Origin: Nitrospinota bacterium
GTDB lineage: Bacteria; Nitrospinota; Nitrospinia; UBA9942
Assembly (NCBI GenBank): GCA_016194325.1
Contig: JACQBS010000044.1
Coordinates: 1-51,143, forward strand
DNA: 51,143 bases
Direction of reading: 5' to 3'
The position numbers were made by a program, and so were the translations under genes. Position 1 is the first letter of the stretch. Each line of letters starts with the position of its first letter. This document shows, piece by piece, positions 27,385 to 36,865 of this stretch. Below the pieces are notes generated by a model. The model saw nothing but the letters and a program-made list of their open reading frames with translations, was not told the origin of the DNA and ran no database searches.

Positions 27385-28435
27385 AGTGTAATTCTCCCTC
27401 TACATTTAAAGTCTCCAGTTGTTTTATATTCAGTATATTCTCATCGGTATACCTCGTAAATATTACCCCGATTTTATAATCCTTATTTGCCTTTTTTATC
27501 CCCTCACCAAGTGCAAGCCTGACCAATAGCCACGGAAGGTTTACTCCGGCTGCCTTTGAAAGATACACCCATGCAGGAAAACGGGGATTTACCTCTAAAA
27601 GGTAGAATTTGTCGGTCCTCTTTTTTTTCAATATCTCAAGCTCTACAGGACCCCGCCACTCTGTTGCATCAAAAAATCGTCCGGCAATCCTGTCAAGTTC
27701 GTCGTCCCTGATGGTAACCCCTGCCCATCCCTTTCCCTTATCCGTTGTGAGGAGTTTTCTCATACAGACCATCCCGACCATGCCCCCCTTTCCATCACCT
27801 ACAGCCGTAACATTGAATTCATCCCCCTCCATATATTTCTGGAGGATTATGGGCATTCCCCATCTGTCGCTGATCTTTAAGATGAATTTATTTACCTCAT
27901 CCATGTTATGGGCTTTATATGCCTCATAGAATATTCCTTTAACCATAATGGGGAAGCCTAATTCTTCTGCTGCCTTACCTGCCTTGTCTACTTCCTTTAT
28001 AACACGACCGGCAGGAACCAAAATATCGGCGTCCTTTTCAAGCCCACCGATATTTGTCTTTGAGCACATAGACAATTGTTCCTTTGTTGGTATAAAGGTC
28101 GTAATACCACTCCGATGAATTTTATCTTCAATATTTATGAAGTTATATATCTCGGAATCCAAAGTAGGTATAATCATATCCATAGCCGTTTTTTCATGAA
28201 TCTTCAGCAATCTCTGGAGGAGACAATCTGCACCTTCCGAAGGGTAAGGCAGAAGATAAACATGCTTGAAATAACCCATCTTATAAAGACCTGCATCGAG
28301 AGAATCGTATCCCAATCCTATCCCCTGCACCCTTCCCGCAGAACCCTCTTTTATACAGCGTATAACAGGTATGCCGGGTGCAGGGCTGTCTGTTGAATTG
28401 AGACCTGTAACGCCAATGGTAATATTACGACGCAT
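27377..28435 (-). CDS. ATP-grasp carboxylate-amine ligase
   Basis: GFPIMVKG, ILQKYMEGDEF, ELEILK, LLEVNPRFP. Confidence 0.9.
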   Translation of the reverse strand: MRRNITIGVTGLNSTDSPAPGIPVIRCIKEGSAGRVQGIGLGYDSLDAGLYKMGYFKHVYLLPYPSEGADCLLQRLLKIHEKTAMDMIIPTLDSEIYNFINIEDKIHRSGITTFIPTKEQLSMCSKTNIGGLEKDADILVPAGRVIKEVDKAGKAAEELGFPIMVKGIFYEAYKAHNMDEVNKFILKISDRWGMPIILQKYMEGDEFNVTAVGDGKGGMVGMVCMRKLLTTDKGKGWAGVTIRDDELDRIAGRFFDATEWRGPVELEILKKKRTDKFYLLEVNPRFPAWVYLSKAAGVNLPWLLVRLALGEGIKKANKDYKIGVIFTRYTDENILNIKQLETLNVEGELHYE

Positions 28436-28676
28436 CTATCTTAAATCCCATACCTCTCATAAGGGACACAAACTCCTTCACATCTTCCATTGCAGTCCCT
28501 TTATCAGTATCAAATTCCTGCGATAAATGATTCACAGCTTCCGTAAGACTGATCCCATCTTGTAATTTCCTTACTATAAAAAGGGCCGTCCTATTAAGCC
28601 AGAATGTCTGTCCTGTTGAGGGGTCGAAGACAAAACCTGTATCGCTTACTGCTATATCCGTTAATTGTCTGTTCAT
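28425..28676 (-). CDS. Stand-alone PqqD-family protein / RiPP recognition element
   Basis: GFVFDPSTGQTFWLNRTALFIVRKL...LSQEFD....AMEDVKEFVSLM: three beta strands plus three helices; 83 aa. Confidence 0.88.
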   Translation of the reverse strand: MNRQLTDIAVSDTGFVFDPSTGQTFWLNRTALFIVRKLQDGISLTEAVNHLSQEFDTDKGTAMEDVKEFVSLMRGMGFKIDAS

Positions 28677-28699
28677 GTATGGAAATTACAAGTCCTTTG

Positions 28700-31135
28700 T
28701 CATTTCCCTTTCATCTCATTCAACCCTAATAGGGAGCCGGCATATCCCGGGGCAAGCTGAAGCGATTTATTAAACATGGCAACTGCCTTTTCTTTATTTT
28801 CCATCTTCAGATAACCCCATCCCATACCATCATATGGCGCCGCCCAAATATCGTCAGCCTTATGCATACCCGCAAGCCTTTCAAATGTCTTAATGGCACT
28901 GGAATAGTCCTTCAGATTATAATATGCCCAGCCAAGAGTGCCGATAGCCTCGCTATATTTATCAAAACCATATTCCTTATCAGGGGCATTCTTGAGAAAT
29001 GCCGATAATTCCTTCACCGTATCTTCGTATTTCTTATCTTTAAAATAGATATAACCGGTAAGGAGACCGATGTCCTGATAGCTCACGCCCTTTTCCCTGA
29101 TGCCCTTTGCCTTCCGGAGGGCATTTTCGTATTGACCATAATTATAATACGCCCATGCCATAGTGATAAGGAGGTCATTCAGCTCTTTCTTCTCATTCAT
29201 CAGGCTGACAAGCTCACTATTGTCAACACCATGGGGATAGAGATTGATAGCAGAAGATAGATTTGCCTTCCCCTCATCGGTTCTACCCAGTTTTATCAGC
29301 GAGAATCCGACCCCTCTGTAAGGCTCCGCCAGATTGGGATTAATCTGTACGGCGCGTCTAAACTCAATAAGACTGTCGCCGTAGCTCCCTGTCTTGAAAT
29401 AACTCCAGCCGAGGACTATTTCGGCATCCAGGTCAAGAGGAAATGCCTTCACAGCCTCTTTCAGATTCTTGATTGCCTCCAAATAATTGTTCTTACCGTA
29501 CAGGGCATATCCCAAACCAAGTCTTGCATCGGAATCGGTATTACTTGCCGCGATAATGGCTCTGAAATGTTTCTCGGATTCATCATAATTCTTCAATCTG
29601 AGCTTGCTCCACCCGAGCCCCCTTTCTACCTGCTGCCTTGCCTCATCGGTAATATCCTTCTTCTTTGCCTCCTCATTAAAATTCTCTATAGCCTTATCAT
29701 ACAATCCGAGATAGTATAACCTCCATCCTTCCCCTGCCTTTCCAAGTTTTGCATTACTTACCGCAGATAGGCCGGAATAGGCGTCGAGATATTTCGGATC
29801 AAGCTTGATTGCCTTATTAAACTGCTCCTCGGCATCGGGATATCTTTTCATGCTATAGAAGACCCAACCGAGTCCACTGTTCGCATCGGACCAGTCAGGA
29901 TTATTTTTAAGGACGTTTTGAAATTCTTTCATCGCATTCTGATAATCGTTTTTTAAAAAATATGCCCATGCCATAGTTGTCCGTGCATTACTGTATAAGC
30001 TATATGCCCCTGACTGGTCGTAAACAGTCTCAAATACTGCGGGGAGGTTTGGGTTAATTGAAAGGGATTTCCCGCAATATTCAATAGCAGTATCATACTT
30101 CTTTAGCTTATAATCTGTATAACATGCCCCCCTCATCAGGCTTGCATTATCCCTATCTTTCTTGATCCCCCTCTCGAATATATCAAAACCCTCCTTGTTG
30201 AGCCCCGCAAAATATAGCGCCCATCCCAAATCCTGATAAACGGATTTGTATTCAGGAGATCTTTCAATCGTCTGCAAAAACTCGTCATTCGTCAGATAGC
30301 CGGGTAAAAGAGACATCACGGAATAGAATTCATTTAAGGCGCCCTTTTTATCGCCTTTCTTGTCAAGGGAGAGGGCAAGTCCGTAATGCGGGTCTGCAAG
30401 ATAGGGGTTTATTGCTATCTGTTTTTTAAAGCCATCTATTGCCTTTGCCGTTTCTCCCTCCCTGTAATAACACCATGTTATCTGATTTTCTATATCATAC
30501 TGTTTTGCATTAAATGTTAAGGAGCGATTAAATGCATCGAGAGCCTTTTTGTAATTTTTCATCTGAAACTCGACAAGCCCTATCCCTTTGTATGCATCAT
30601 AATTCTCCCTTTTTTCATTAGATCTCTCAAAATGCCCTTTTGCCTCGCTATACCCCTTATTGCCATAATAACTATAACCCAGTCCAAGATGAAGACGCCA
30701 CAACTCTTTCCCTGGTAACAGCGGATCCTTACCCTCTATTAAATTTTTAAAGGAGCCTATTGCCCCTTTGAAATCACCCGCATAATACTGATTCCATGCC
30801 TTATTAAAGTTCTCGTATCTCTTTTCGATAACAGCGGCACTCCCCTGTTTTGCACCTATATGAAAAGGAGATTTTCTTAAAATGTCCTGAAAGAGATTAT
30901 CTGCCTCGGTAACCTTCCCCATCATAAACATACTCCATGCCATTCCATTCAGGGCATCAAAATTCTTTTGGTCGGCTTTATATATCCTCTCAAACTCTGT
31001 ATATGCCTCACTGTATTTCTTCTCCTCATAAAGCCTTCCTCCCTTCTTAATATCCTGGGCAAAACCGGGATTACTAAAAGCCACAGCCGACAAAACCATG
31101 AAAAATACACTTGCTGCAATAAATTTTTTAAACAT
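28700..31135 (-). CDS. Secreted long TPR-repeat protein
   Basis: Signal peptide (..GFA-Q) and many TPRs with a recurring LGW/LGY-x-Y motif. Confidence 0.9.
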   Translation of the reverse strand: MFKKFIAASVFFMVLSAVAFSNPGFAQDIKKGGRLYEEKKYSEAYTEFERIYKADQKNFDALNGMAWSMFMMGKVTEADNLFQDILRKSPFHIGAKQGSAAVIEKRYENFNKAWNQYYAGDFKGAIGSFKNLIEGKDPLLPGKELWRLHLGLGYSYYGNKGYSEAKGHFERSNEKRENYDAYKGIGLVEFQMKNYKKALDAFNRSLTFNAKQYDIENQITWCYYREGETAKAIDGFKKQIAINPYLADPHYGLALSLDKKGDKKGALNEFYSVMSLLPGYLTNDEFLQTIERSPEYKSVYQDLGWALYFAGLNKEGFDIFERGIKKDRDNASLMRGACYTDYKLKKYDTAIEYCGKSLSINPNLPAVFETVYDQSGAYSLYSNARTTMAWAYFLKNDYQNAMKEFQNVLKNNPDWSDANSGLGWVFYSMKRYPDAEEQFNKAIKLDPKYLDAYSGLSAVSNAKLGKAGEGWRLYYLGLYDKAIENFNEEAKKKDITDEARQQVERGLGWSKLRLKNYDESEKHFRAIIAASNTDSDARLGLGYALYGKNNYLEAIKNLKEAVKAFPLDLDAEIVLGWSYFKTGSYGDSLIEFRRAVQINPNLAEPYRGVGFSLIKLGRTDEGKANLSSAINLYPHGVDNSELVSLMNEKKELNDLLITMAWAYYNYGQYENALRKAKGIREKGVSYQDIGLLTGYIYFKDKKYEDTVKELSAFLKNAPDKEYGFDKYSEAIGTLGWAYYNLKDYSSAIKTFERLAGMHKADDIWAAPYDGMGWGYLKMENKEKAVAMFNKSLQLAPGYAGSLLGLNEMKGK

Positions 31136-31168
31136 AAAACCTCCTTTCCCGGGTGGGAATAAAATTTG

Positions 31169-32245
31169 TCAATTACCTTTAGAGATTCCAAGCTCTTTTA
31201 ACCCTGCCTGAGAGCTGTAGTAATCAGGAAATAGCTCAAGGGCATTTTTAAATGCCTGCTCGGCATCGGATTTTTTGCCCAGCTTTAAATAGCTCCAGCC
31301 CAATCCATCGTATATATCGTATGAATACCTATATTGACTCAATCCCTTTTCAAGCTTATTGAGTGCATCTTTATAATTTCCCTTCTTAAATAATACCCAT
31401 CCCTCTGCTGCGTAAACCTCTGACCACGCGGGATAAAGAGATTCTATCTTGCCGTATTCCTCCATAGCATCATCATAATCTCCCGACCTGAGCATCTCAT
31501 TTCCTCTGGATAAGACCCCCTCTTTTATTATGGAAAGCTGTTGTTTTCCTGCAATAGCCCCCTGACTTTTCATATCCTTTTCAATTGCCTTGTTATAATA
31601 GTAATCCGCATTATTATAATCCTTATCGCCAAAATACCCGTTTCCGAGGGCGACATAAATATCTACACTCTCTTTTCCCGAAAGCCTCTGTGCATTTTTA
31701 AATGAGCCGATCGCGGTCTGAAAATCGAATTCCGCCATAGCTATATAACCGAATATCAGATTGCTGTCAGACGACATAGGGTTCTCCGATAAAGCGGTAA
31801 CAAGATATTTTTTCGCATTATTTAGATCGCCTAATTTAAAATAGCTGTAGGCAATACCTTCCAATGCCCCTGTGTGATTTCTGTCAATCTCACTTAATTT
31901 CTTAAATGTCTTAAGGGAATCCATATATCTATTGAGCTTGAAGTATGTCCATCCGACCCCTTCGAGGGAATCGGCCGTCCCGCCGTCCAATCTACGAAGT
32001 GTCTCAAATTTTGACATGGCATCATGATACCTCTCCATTTTGAAATAGCTCCAGCCTGCCATTAAAAGGGCATATCTGTTGTCAGGATTTATAGATAAGG
32101 CATGCTCATAGTTTGCCGCGCTCTCATCATATCTGCCAAATGTAAAGTTTCGATTACCATAAGATGTATAATGATGAGAAGTGCTGCATCCAAAATTAAT
32201 GAAAAAAATGAACAGAATAATTAAAACAACACTCGTCTTTTTCAC
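31169..32245 (-). CDS. TPR-repeat lipoprotein
   Basis: MKK-hydrophobic-NFGC lipobox; TPRs with GWSYFK motifs. Confidence 0.85.
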   Translation of the reverse strand: MKKTSVVLIILFIFFINFGCSTSHHYTSYGNRNFTFGRYDESAANYEHALSINPDNRYALLMAGWSYFKMERYHDAMSKFETLRRLDGGTADSLEGVGWTYFKLNRYMDSLKTFKKLSEIDRNHTGALEGIAYSYFKLGDLNNAKKYLVTALSENPMSSDSNLIFGYIAMAEFDFQTAIGSFKNAQRLSGKESVDIYVALGNGYFGDKDYNNADYYYNKAIEKDMKSQGAIAGKQQLSIIKEGVLSRGNEMLRSGDYDDAMEEYGKIESLYPAWSEVYAAEGWVLFKKGNYKDALNKLEKGLSQYRYSYDIYDGLGWSYLKLGKKSDAEQAFKNALELFPDYYSSQAGLKELGISKGN

Positions 32246-32259
32246 CTATAATCCCCCTT

Positions 32260-33909
32260 TTAAAACTTGTAAGCAACAAAAAACTCCATCTGGCTGGCAC
32301 TATCAGAAGAGCCATCGGCTCGAACAGTCTGGCTCATGGCGGCGCCCCAATTGGAGGCAGGATCACTTCTAACGGTTTTATAGTATTCGCCGGGCATAAA
32401 ATACCCGCCGTGCACACCGAATGTAACACCCTTTGTAATAGAGTATGTCGCATATACATCTATCTCATTGCCTAAATCTTTTGAAAGGTATCGGATGTTA
32501 TTATTTGCATCAAGCCCGATGCCGGCATTCATTGCCTTAAGGCTCCAATAGTCTATCATTATAAAAGATGTCTCAGAAGGTGTTATATTTAATCCAATGT
32601 TGTAGGCGCTTATGTTCTCCCATACATGAGGGTCATTAAAAGCTCCAGGCCGCCTGATGCCGTAGTTCATAGTATAGCCTCCTGCCATTGCAACCACAGG
32701 AACGGGTGCTATATGTGCGAAGGAATCTACAAGATTTGTATTTAGTGGAGAAAAGACCGTGAATGCGTTATTTTCCGTTCTTTTCAATGAGCCTGCATTA
32801 TATTTTTGATAGTCATCTGTGCTGACTTCGTTTCCTGAGGCAATGACCAGCTTCGCCCGCGGTGTAAACATCCCAAAATGTCCATTTACCGCTGTATGAA
32901 TAAGATAACCCTTATGTTTTATATCCCCCCAATTCTGATTATCCTCCCCCTTTGTCTCACCCGCATTCTTAGCTGCCTCAAGCTCAAAAGTAAAATAGGG
33001 AGAATCTACAACCGCACTTAAGCCGTAAGTGTAAATCTCATCTCTTTTAGCCCTGAAGGATGTATTACTATTTGCAAAATATCCATGCTGCTTTCTTTTT
33101 TCAAAGGCTGTCCTGTCATAGAGCAGTCCAATATATGGCTGAAGTGTAACAATAGCTGTTTTGTTGTTGACAGGTCTTAATTTTAAATCTGCTGCCACCA
33201 TATAGGCATCGCTATCGGCAGACCTCCCCAGCCACTTGGAATGGGTATCTTTCCTTATCTCGGAATTAACATTTTCAACATCGAGGATTGAATATCTCAG
33301 CCTGACGATATCTTCATATGAATAGGTTGCCCCATAATTATTATACTGCCCGCCAAGGGCATATCCATTGCCAATCACATAAGGAGATTGCCCTATCTGT
33401 ATGCTATTACTTAATGTTGGATAAAACTTTAGCCATACTTCGCTGATCCATGGATATAAAATTGAATCAGACCCTCCTTTCTTAACACGGGAACCCTCAA
33501 CCGCGGTTGTAATCTCATTAAGAGGCGCAGCATAATGAGAAGGACCTTCGCTCGTAATTTTAATAAAGAATTGATGCCTTGATTTATAAATAATCTTAAG
33601 TGGGATATTATAAATGTATGAGAAATAGCCCAATTCGTCACCCCCGCTGTTTTTCAGGTCGCCCGTGTTATTTGCCCTGTTATATGACAATCTGATATCC
33701 GGAGTGATACCCAGCTTCCAGTTCTCTTCAAGGGTTTGAGCTGAGATTGCAAAGGCATCAAAAAAGAAACATGGAACAAACAGTGTTATCAGAGCCAGAG
33801 TTATATTGATCCGGCACTTTCGCCCTCCCATAAAATTTTTACTATAAGAAAAAAGTGCTGACTGAAAGACAAATTGCATAATTTGGGTTAATATTTTTTT
33901 ATCTCGCAT
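32260..33909 (-). CDS. Outer-membrane beta-barrel, alginate-export (AlgE)-like; start uncertain
   Basis: Signal-like segment ending DAFA, amphipathic strands, DLGNEIDVYATY, GGYFMPGEYY, terminal VAYKF. Confidence 0.7.
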   Translation of the reverse strand: MRDKKILTQIMQFVFQSALFSYSKNFMGGRKCRINITLALITLFVPCFFFDAFAISAQTLEENWKLGITPDIRLSYNRANNTGDLKNSGGDELGYFSYIYNIPLKIIYKSRHQFFIKITSEGPSHYAAPLNEITTAVEGSRVKKGGSDSILYPWISEVWLKFYPTLSNSIQIGQSPYVIGNGYALGGQYNNYGATYSYEDIVRLRYSILDVENVNSEIRKDTHSKWLGRSADSDAYMVAADLKLRPVNNKTAIVTLQPYIGLLYDRTAFEKRKQHGYFANSNTSFRAKRDEIYTYGLSAVVDSPYFTFELEAAKNAGETKGEDNQNWGDIKHKGYLIHTAVNGHFGMFTPRAKLVIASGNEVSTDDYQKYNAGSLKRTENNAFTVFSPLNTNLVDSFAHIAPVPVVAMAGGYTMNYGIRRPGAFNDPHVWENISAYNIGLNITPSETSFIMIDYWSLKAMNAGIGLDANNNIRYLSKDLGNEIDVYATYSITKGVTFGVHGGYFMPGEYYKTVRSDPASNWGAAMSQTVRADGSSDSASQMEFFVAYKF

Positions 33910-33967
33910 CTCATTTTCCTCGTAGGGTTCGATGTGGGTTAAGTTTATAAATTAATTCACGGAGAAA

Positions 33968-34055
33968 ATTATACCACCTTCAAATATTCTGTCAAGTGAA
34001 ACCTTCGATGTAAATTATTACTTGACAAATGTAAACTATTAATGTAAACATAATT
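33968..34055. promoter_or_regulatory. Divergent promoters with a repeated operator-like motif
   Basis: Minus strand TTGACA (33995-33990)-16 nt-TATAAT; plus strand TTGACA at 34022; ATGTAAA(t/c)TATTA at 34008 and 34029 with a partial copy at 34042. Confidence 0.65.
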
Positions 34056-34063
34056 TTACCTCC

Positions 34064-34609
34064 ATGATTACAATTGGTGAAAAATTAAAGGCGTTAAGAG
34101 AAAGTCAGAAATTATCCCTCAGGGATTTAGGGGAAAAGGTAGGTCTATCTGCAAGTTTTTTATCCCAGTTAGAATTGGGGCAGGTGTCACCATCCATTGC
34201 ATCCCTTGAAAATATTGCCTCTGCCTTAAATATACACATCACATATTTTTTTGACGAACCGGAAAAGACAGACAGTGTTGTAATGAGAAAGAATGAGAGG
34301 AGGAGGATATACAGCAAAGGCTCAAAGGCAATTATACAGCCGCTTGCACATGAGATAAGCAAGAAAAAAATTGAGCCATTTATGCTGACGCTGGAGGTTG
34401 GTGGAGAGGGCGGAGAGCACCCATACTCATCCCGACATGGAGAGGAGTTTGGAATTATTATGCAGGGAAGGGTTAAGTTCACACTTGAACAGAATGAATA
34501 TACGCTGGAAGAAGGGGATAGTGTATATTTCAACTCCACAAAACCTCACAATTGGAAAAACATGGGAAAGAAAGAGGCAATAATTATATTGGTGATTCCC
34601 GCACCATAA
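34064..34609 (+). CDS. XRE-family HTH regulator with cupin domain (PuuR-like)
   Basis: IGEKLKALRE..LSLRDL....LSASFLSQLELGQVSPS; cupin HGEEF, EGDSVYFNSTKPH. Confidence 0.93.
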   Translation: MITIGEKLKALRESQKLSLRDLGEKVGLSASFLSQLELGQVSPSIASLENIASALNIHITYFFDEPEKTDSVVMRKNERRRIYSKGSKAIIQPLAHEISKKKIEPFMLTLEVGGEGGEHPYSSRHGEEFGIIMQGRVKFTLEQNEYTLEEGDSVYFNSTKPHNWKNMGKKEAIIILVIPAP

Positions 34610-34790
34610 AGAACAAAAACTTAATTTGGAACCACAGATTGACACAGATTAACACAGATTTTAAAACCTTTATTTATTATTAGGAAAACAGGAAGACATG
34701 AAGGGGAAAAGCCATTAAAAGAATATTCATGGTTTCACGGCTTTCTTATCAATCTTTTTAATCTGCGATAATCTGCGAAATCTGCGGATA
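34607..34790. repeat. Nested decamer hairpin element (ACACAGATTA/ATCTGCG) with inner inverted arms
   Basis: accacagatt gacacagatt aacacagatt ... aatctgcgat aatctgcgaa atctgcgg; inner ggaagacatgaa/ttcatggtttc. Confidence 0.85.
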
Positions 34791-34807
34791 TATATTTTTC
34801 TAAACAA

Positions 34808-36865
34808 ATGATGACTCTATCACCTTTTGTTTTAGTATCTCTCTCAATACTTATCATTGCATTTACACTAATTTTGGTGCCTCTGTTTGCCCGACACCAA
34901 AAAATCCTTATATATGTATCCTTTCCTCTCATGGCAATATCTTCTGCGATTGCTGTCATAGCTGGAATATGGTCGGTGGCAGTTGGTATTCCAGAATCAA
35001 CTATCCTTTCCATTGGTTTACCTGATTTACCATTTCATTTGAGGCTTGACCCGTTATCAGGTTTCTTTCTAACTGTCATCGGACTTCTGAGTTTTTTTGT
35101 ATCCATCTATTCTACAGGTTATTGTAAAGGATATGCAGGCAAACGGTCGGTAACTCACCTTGTAATATTTTACTCTCTTTTTATTGCAGGAATGTTTCTT
35201 GTCGTCCTATCAGACGACGCCTTCTTCTTTTTAATCTCATGGGAACTCATGGCTATAGCATCCTATTTCTTGGTAATGTTTGAGGATGAGCTTATAGAAA
35301 ACAGGAGGGCAGCATTTTTATATCTCGTAGTTGCCCATATCGGAGCTATTGCCATACTTTTATCTTTCGGTGTATTGGCAGGCGCAACCGGCCTTGAGGG
35401 TTTTAGCGGTTATACATTTGATGCAATGAGACAGACAGAGTTCCCTCTTAAATGGGCAACCGTTGCATTCCTCCTCGCATTTTTTGGATTTTCTGCAAAG
35501 GCAGGTGTGATTCCGCTTCATGTATGGCTGCCTGAAGCTCATCCTGCCGCCCCTTCCAATGTCTCTGCATTAATGAGCGGTGTTATGCTGAAGACGGCTA
35601 TTTACGGCATTATCCGTGTAACCTTTGACCTGATTAAAGTCTTTCCCTTGTGGTGGGGAGCTATGGTACTCGTCCTTGGTCTTATTACAGCCATCATGGG
35701 AATATTATATGCCATTATGCAAAATGATATTAAACGAATGCTGGCATATTCATCAGTAGAAAATATCGGTGTCATACTAATCGGAATCGGATTGGCAATT
35801 ATCTTTACATCGTTTCATATCCCTGTACTTGCGGCCCTCTCGCTAACAGCAGTATTTTACCACTCTATCAATCACGCCATGTTTAAGGGGCTGCTATTTA
35901 TGGGTGCAGGTGCCTTGCTCCATGCCACACATAAAAAAAATATGGACGAGATGGGCGGGCTTATCCACTATATGCCATGGACAAGCACGCTTTTTCTCAT
36001 AGGCTCTATATCTATATCAGCCCTCCCTCCATTTAACGGATTTATATCGGAGTGGCTTATATTCCAGGCATTCCTTCTTTCTCCGTCACTTAACAGCCCG
36101 TTACTGAACCTGCTAATTCCAATGGGTGCCGCCCTCCTTGCATTAACTGCCGCACTGGTAGCCGCATGCTTTGTAAAGGGATTCGGGATAGCATTTTTGG
36201 GTCATTGGCGTGGTCTCCATAATCCCCCCTTACACAGAGGGGGATTAGAGGTGAACTGGCCAATGCGTATAGGCATGCTACTACCTGCCCTTATGTGTCT
36301 CATACTCGGTATCTTGCCGACCATGGTAATTGAATGGATGGATAAAATATCAGATGAACTCGTAGGTGGAAAGATTGCAACGACAGCCGGGGCATTTGGC
36401 TGGTTATGGCTTACACCTGTCGCCCACGAAAGGGCATCCTATTCGGGTGCCATTGTTTTATTATGGATTATAGTTGTTGTCATGCTGGTATATATCTTGC
36501 TTCACAGCCGAAAGACTGCTATACACAGGGTTCCATTATGGGACTGCGGCTTTGAAAAGATTACCCCGCGAATGCAGTATAATGCCAACTCATTTTCCAT
36601 GCCTATCAGAAGGATATTTGGATTTCTCTTTAATATCAGGGAACAGGTAAGATTAAGCAATGCTACACTCCATCCCTCTTTCCCTAATAGATTATACTAC
36701 CGCCTTCGCATAAGGGATCGTTTCTGGGGATGGATATATAAACCGATAAGTGAGTCAAGTTATTGGATATCACGAAAGTTCGGAAGGCTCCAGCAAGGGT
36801 ATATTCATGTTTACCTGATTTACTCTTTTATAACCATTATAATTTTACTGGTATTTGCAAGATGA
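34808..36865 (+). CDS. hyfB: Hydrogenase-4 subunit B-like antiporter subunit
   Basis: WELMAIASYFLV, KAGVIPLHVWLPEAHPAAPS, LAYSSVENIG, WDCG, RMQY. Confidence 0.9.
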   Translation: MMTLSPFVLVSLSILIIAFTLILVPLFARHQKILIYVSFPLMAISSAIAVIAGIWSVAVGIPESTILSIGLPDLPFHLRLDPLSGFFLTVIGLLSFFVSIYSTGYCKGYAGKRSVTHLVIFYSLFIAGMFLVVLSDDAFFFLISWELMAIASYFLVMFEDELIENRRAAFLYLVVAHIGAIAILLSFGVLAGATGLEGFSGYTFDAMRQTEFPLKWATVAFLLAFFGFSAKAGVIPLHVWLPEAHPAAPSNVSALMSGVMLKTAIYGIIRVTFDLIKVFPLWWGAMVLVLGLITAIMGILYAIMQNDIKRMLAYSSVENIGVILIGIGLAIIFTSFHIPVLAALSLTAVFYHSINHAMFKGLLFMGAGALLHATHKKNMDEMGGLIHYMPWTSTLFLIGSISISALPPFNGFISEWLIFQAFLLSPSLNSPLLNLLIPMGAALLALTAALVAACFVKGFGIAFLGHWRGLHNPPLHRGGLEVNWPMRIGMLLPALMCLILGILPTMVIEWMDKISDELVGGKIATTAGAFGWLWLTPVAHERASYSGAIVLLWIIVVVMLVYILLHSRKTAIHRVPLWDCGFEKITPRMQYNANSFSMPIRRIFGFLFNIREQVRLSNATLHPSFPNRLYYRLRIRDRFWGWIYKPISESSYWISRKFGRLQQGYIHVYLIYSFITIIILLVFAR
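36220..36247. repeat. In-frame REP-like palindrome in hyfB
   Basis: taatcccccct-tacac-agagggggatta; peptide NPPLHRGGL. Confidence 0.65.

Noticed and set aside
25831-34063. Separate RiPP precursor ORF for the RRE/ATP-grasp pair
   Set aside because: Gaps between genes are under about 35 nt or filled with repeat or promoter sequence and no short ORF with an RBS was seen; a distant precursor cannot be excluded.
36763-36861. Longer hyfC start
   Set aside because: It overlaps hyfB by about 100 nt; the ATGA-coupled start at 36862 is more plausible.
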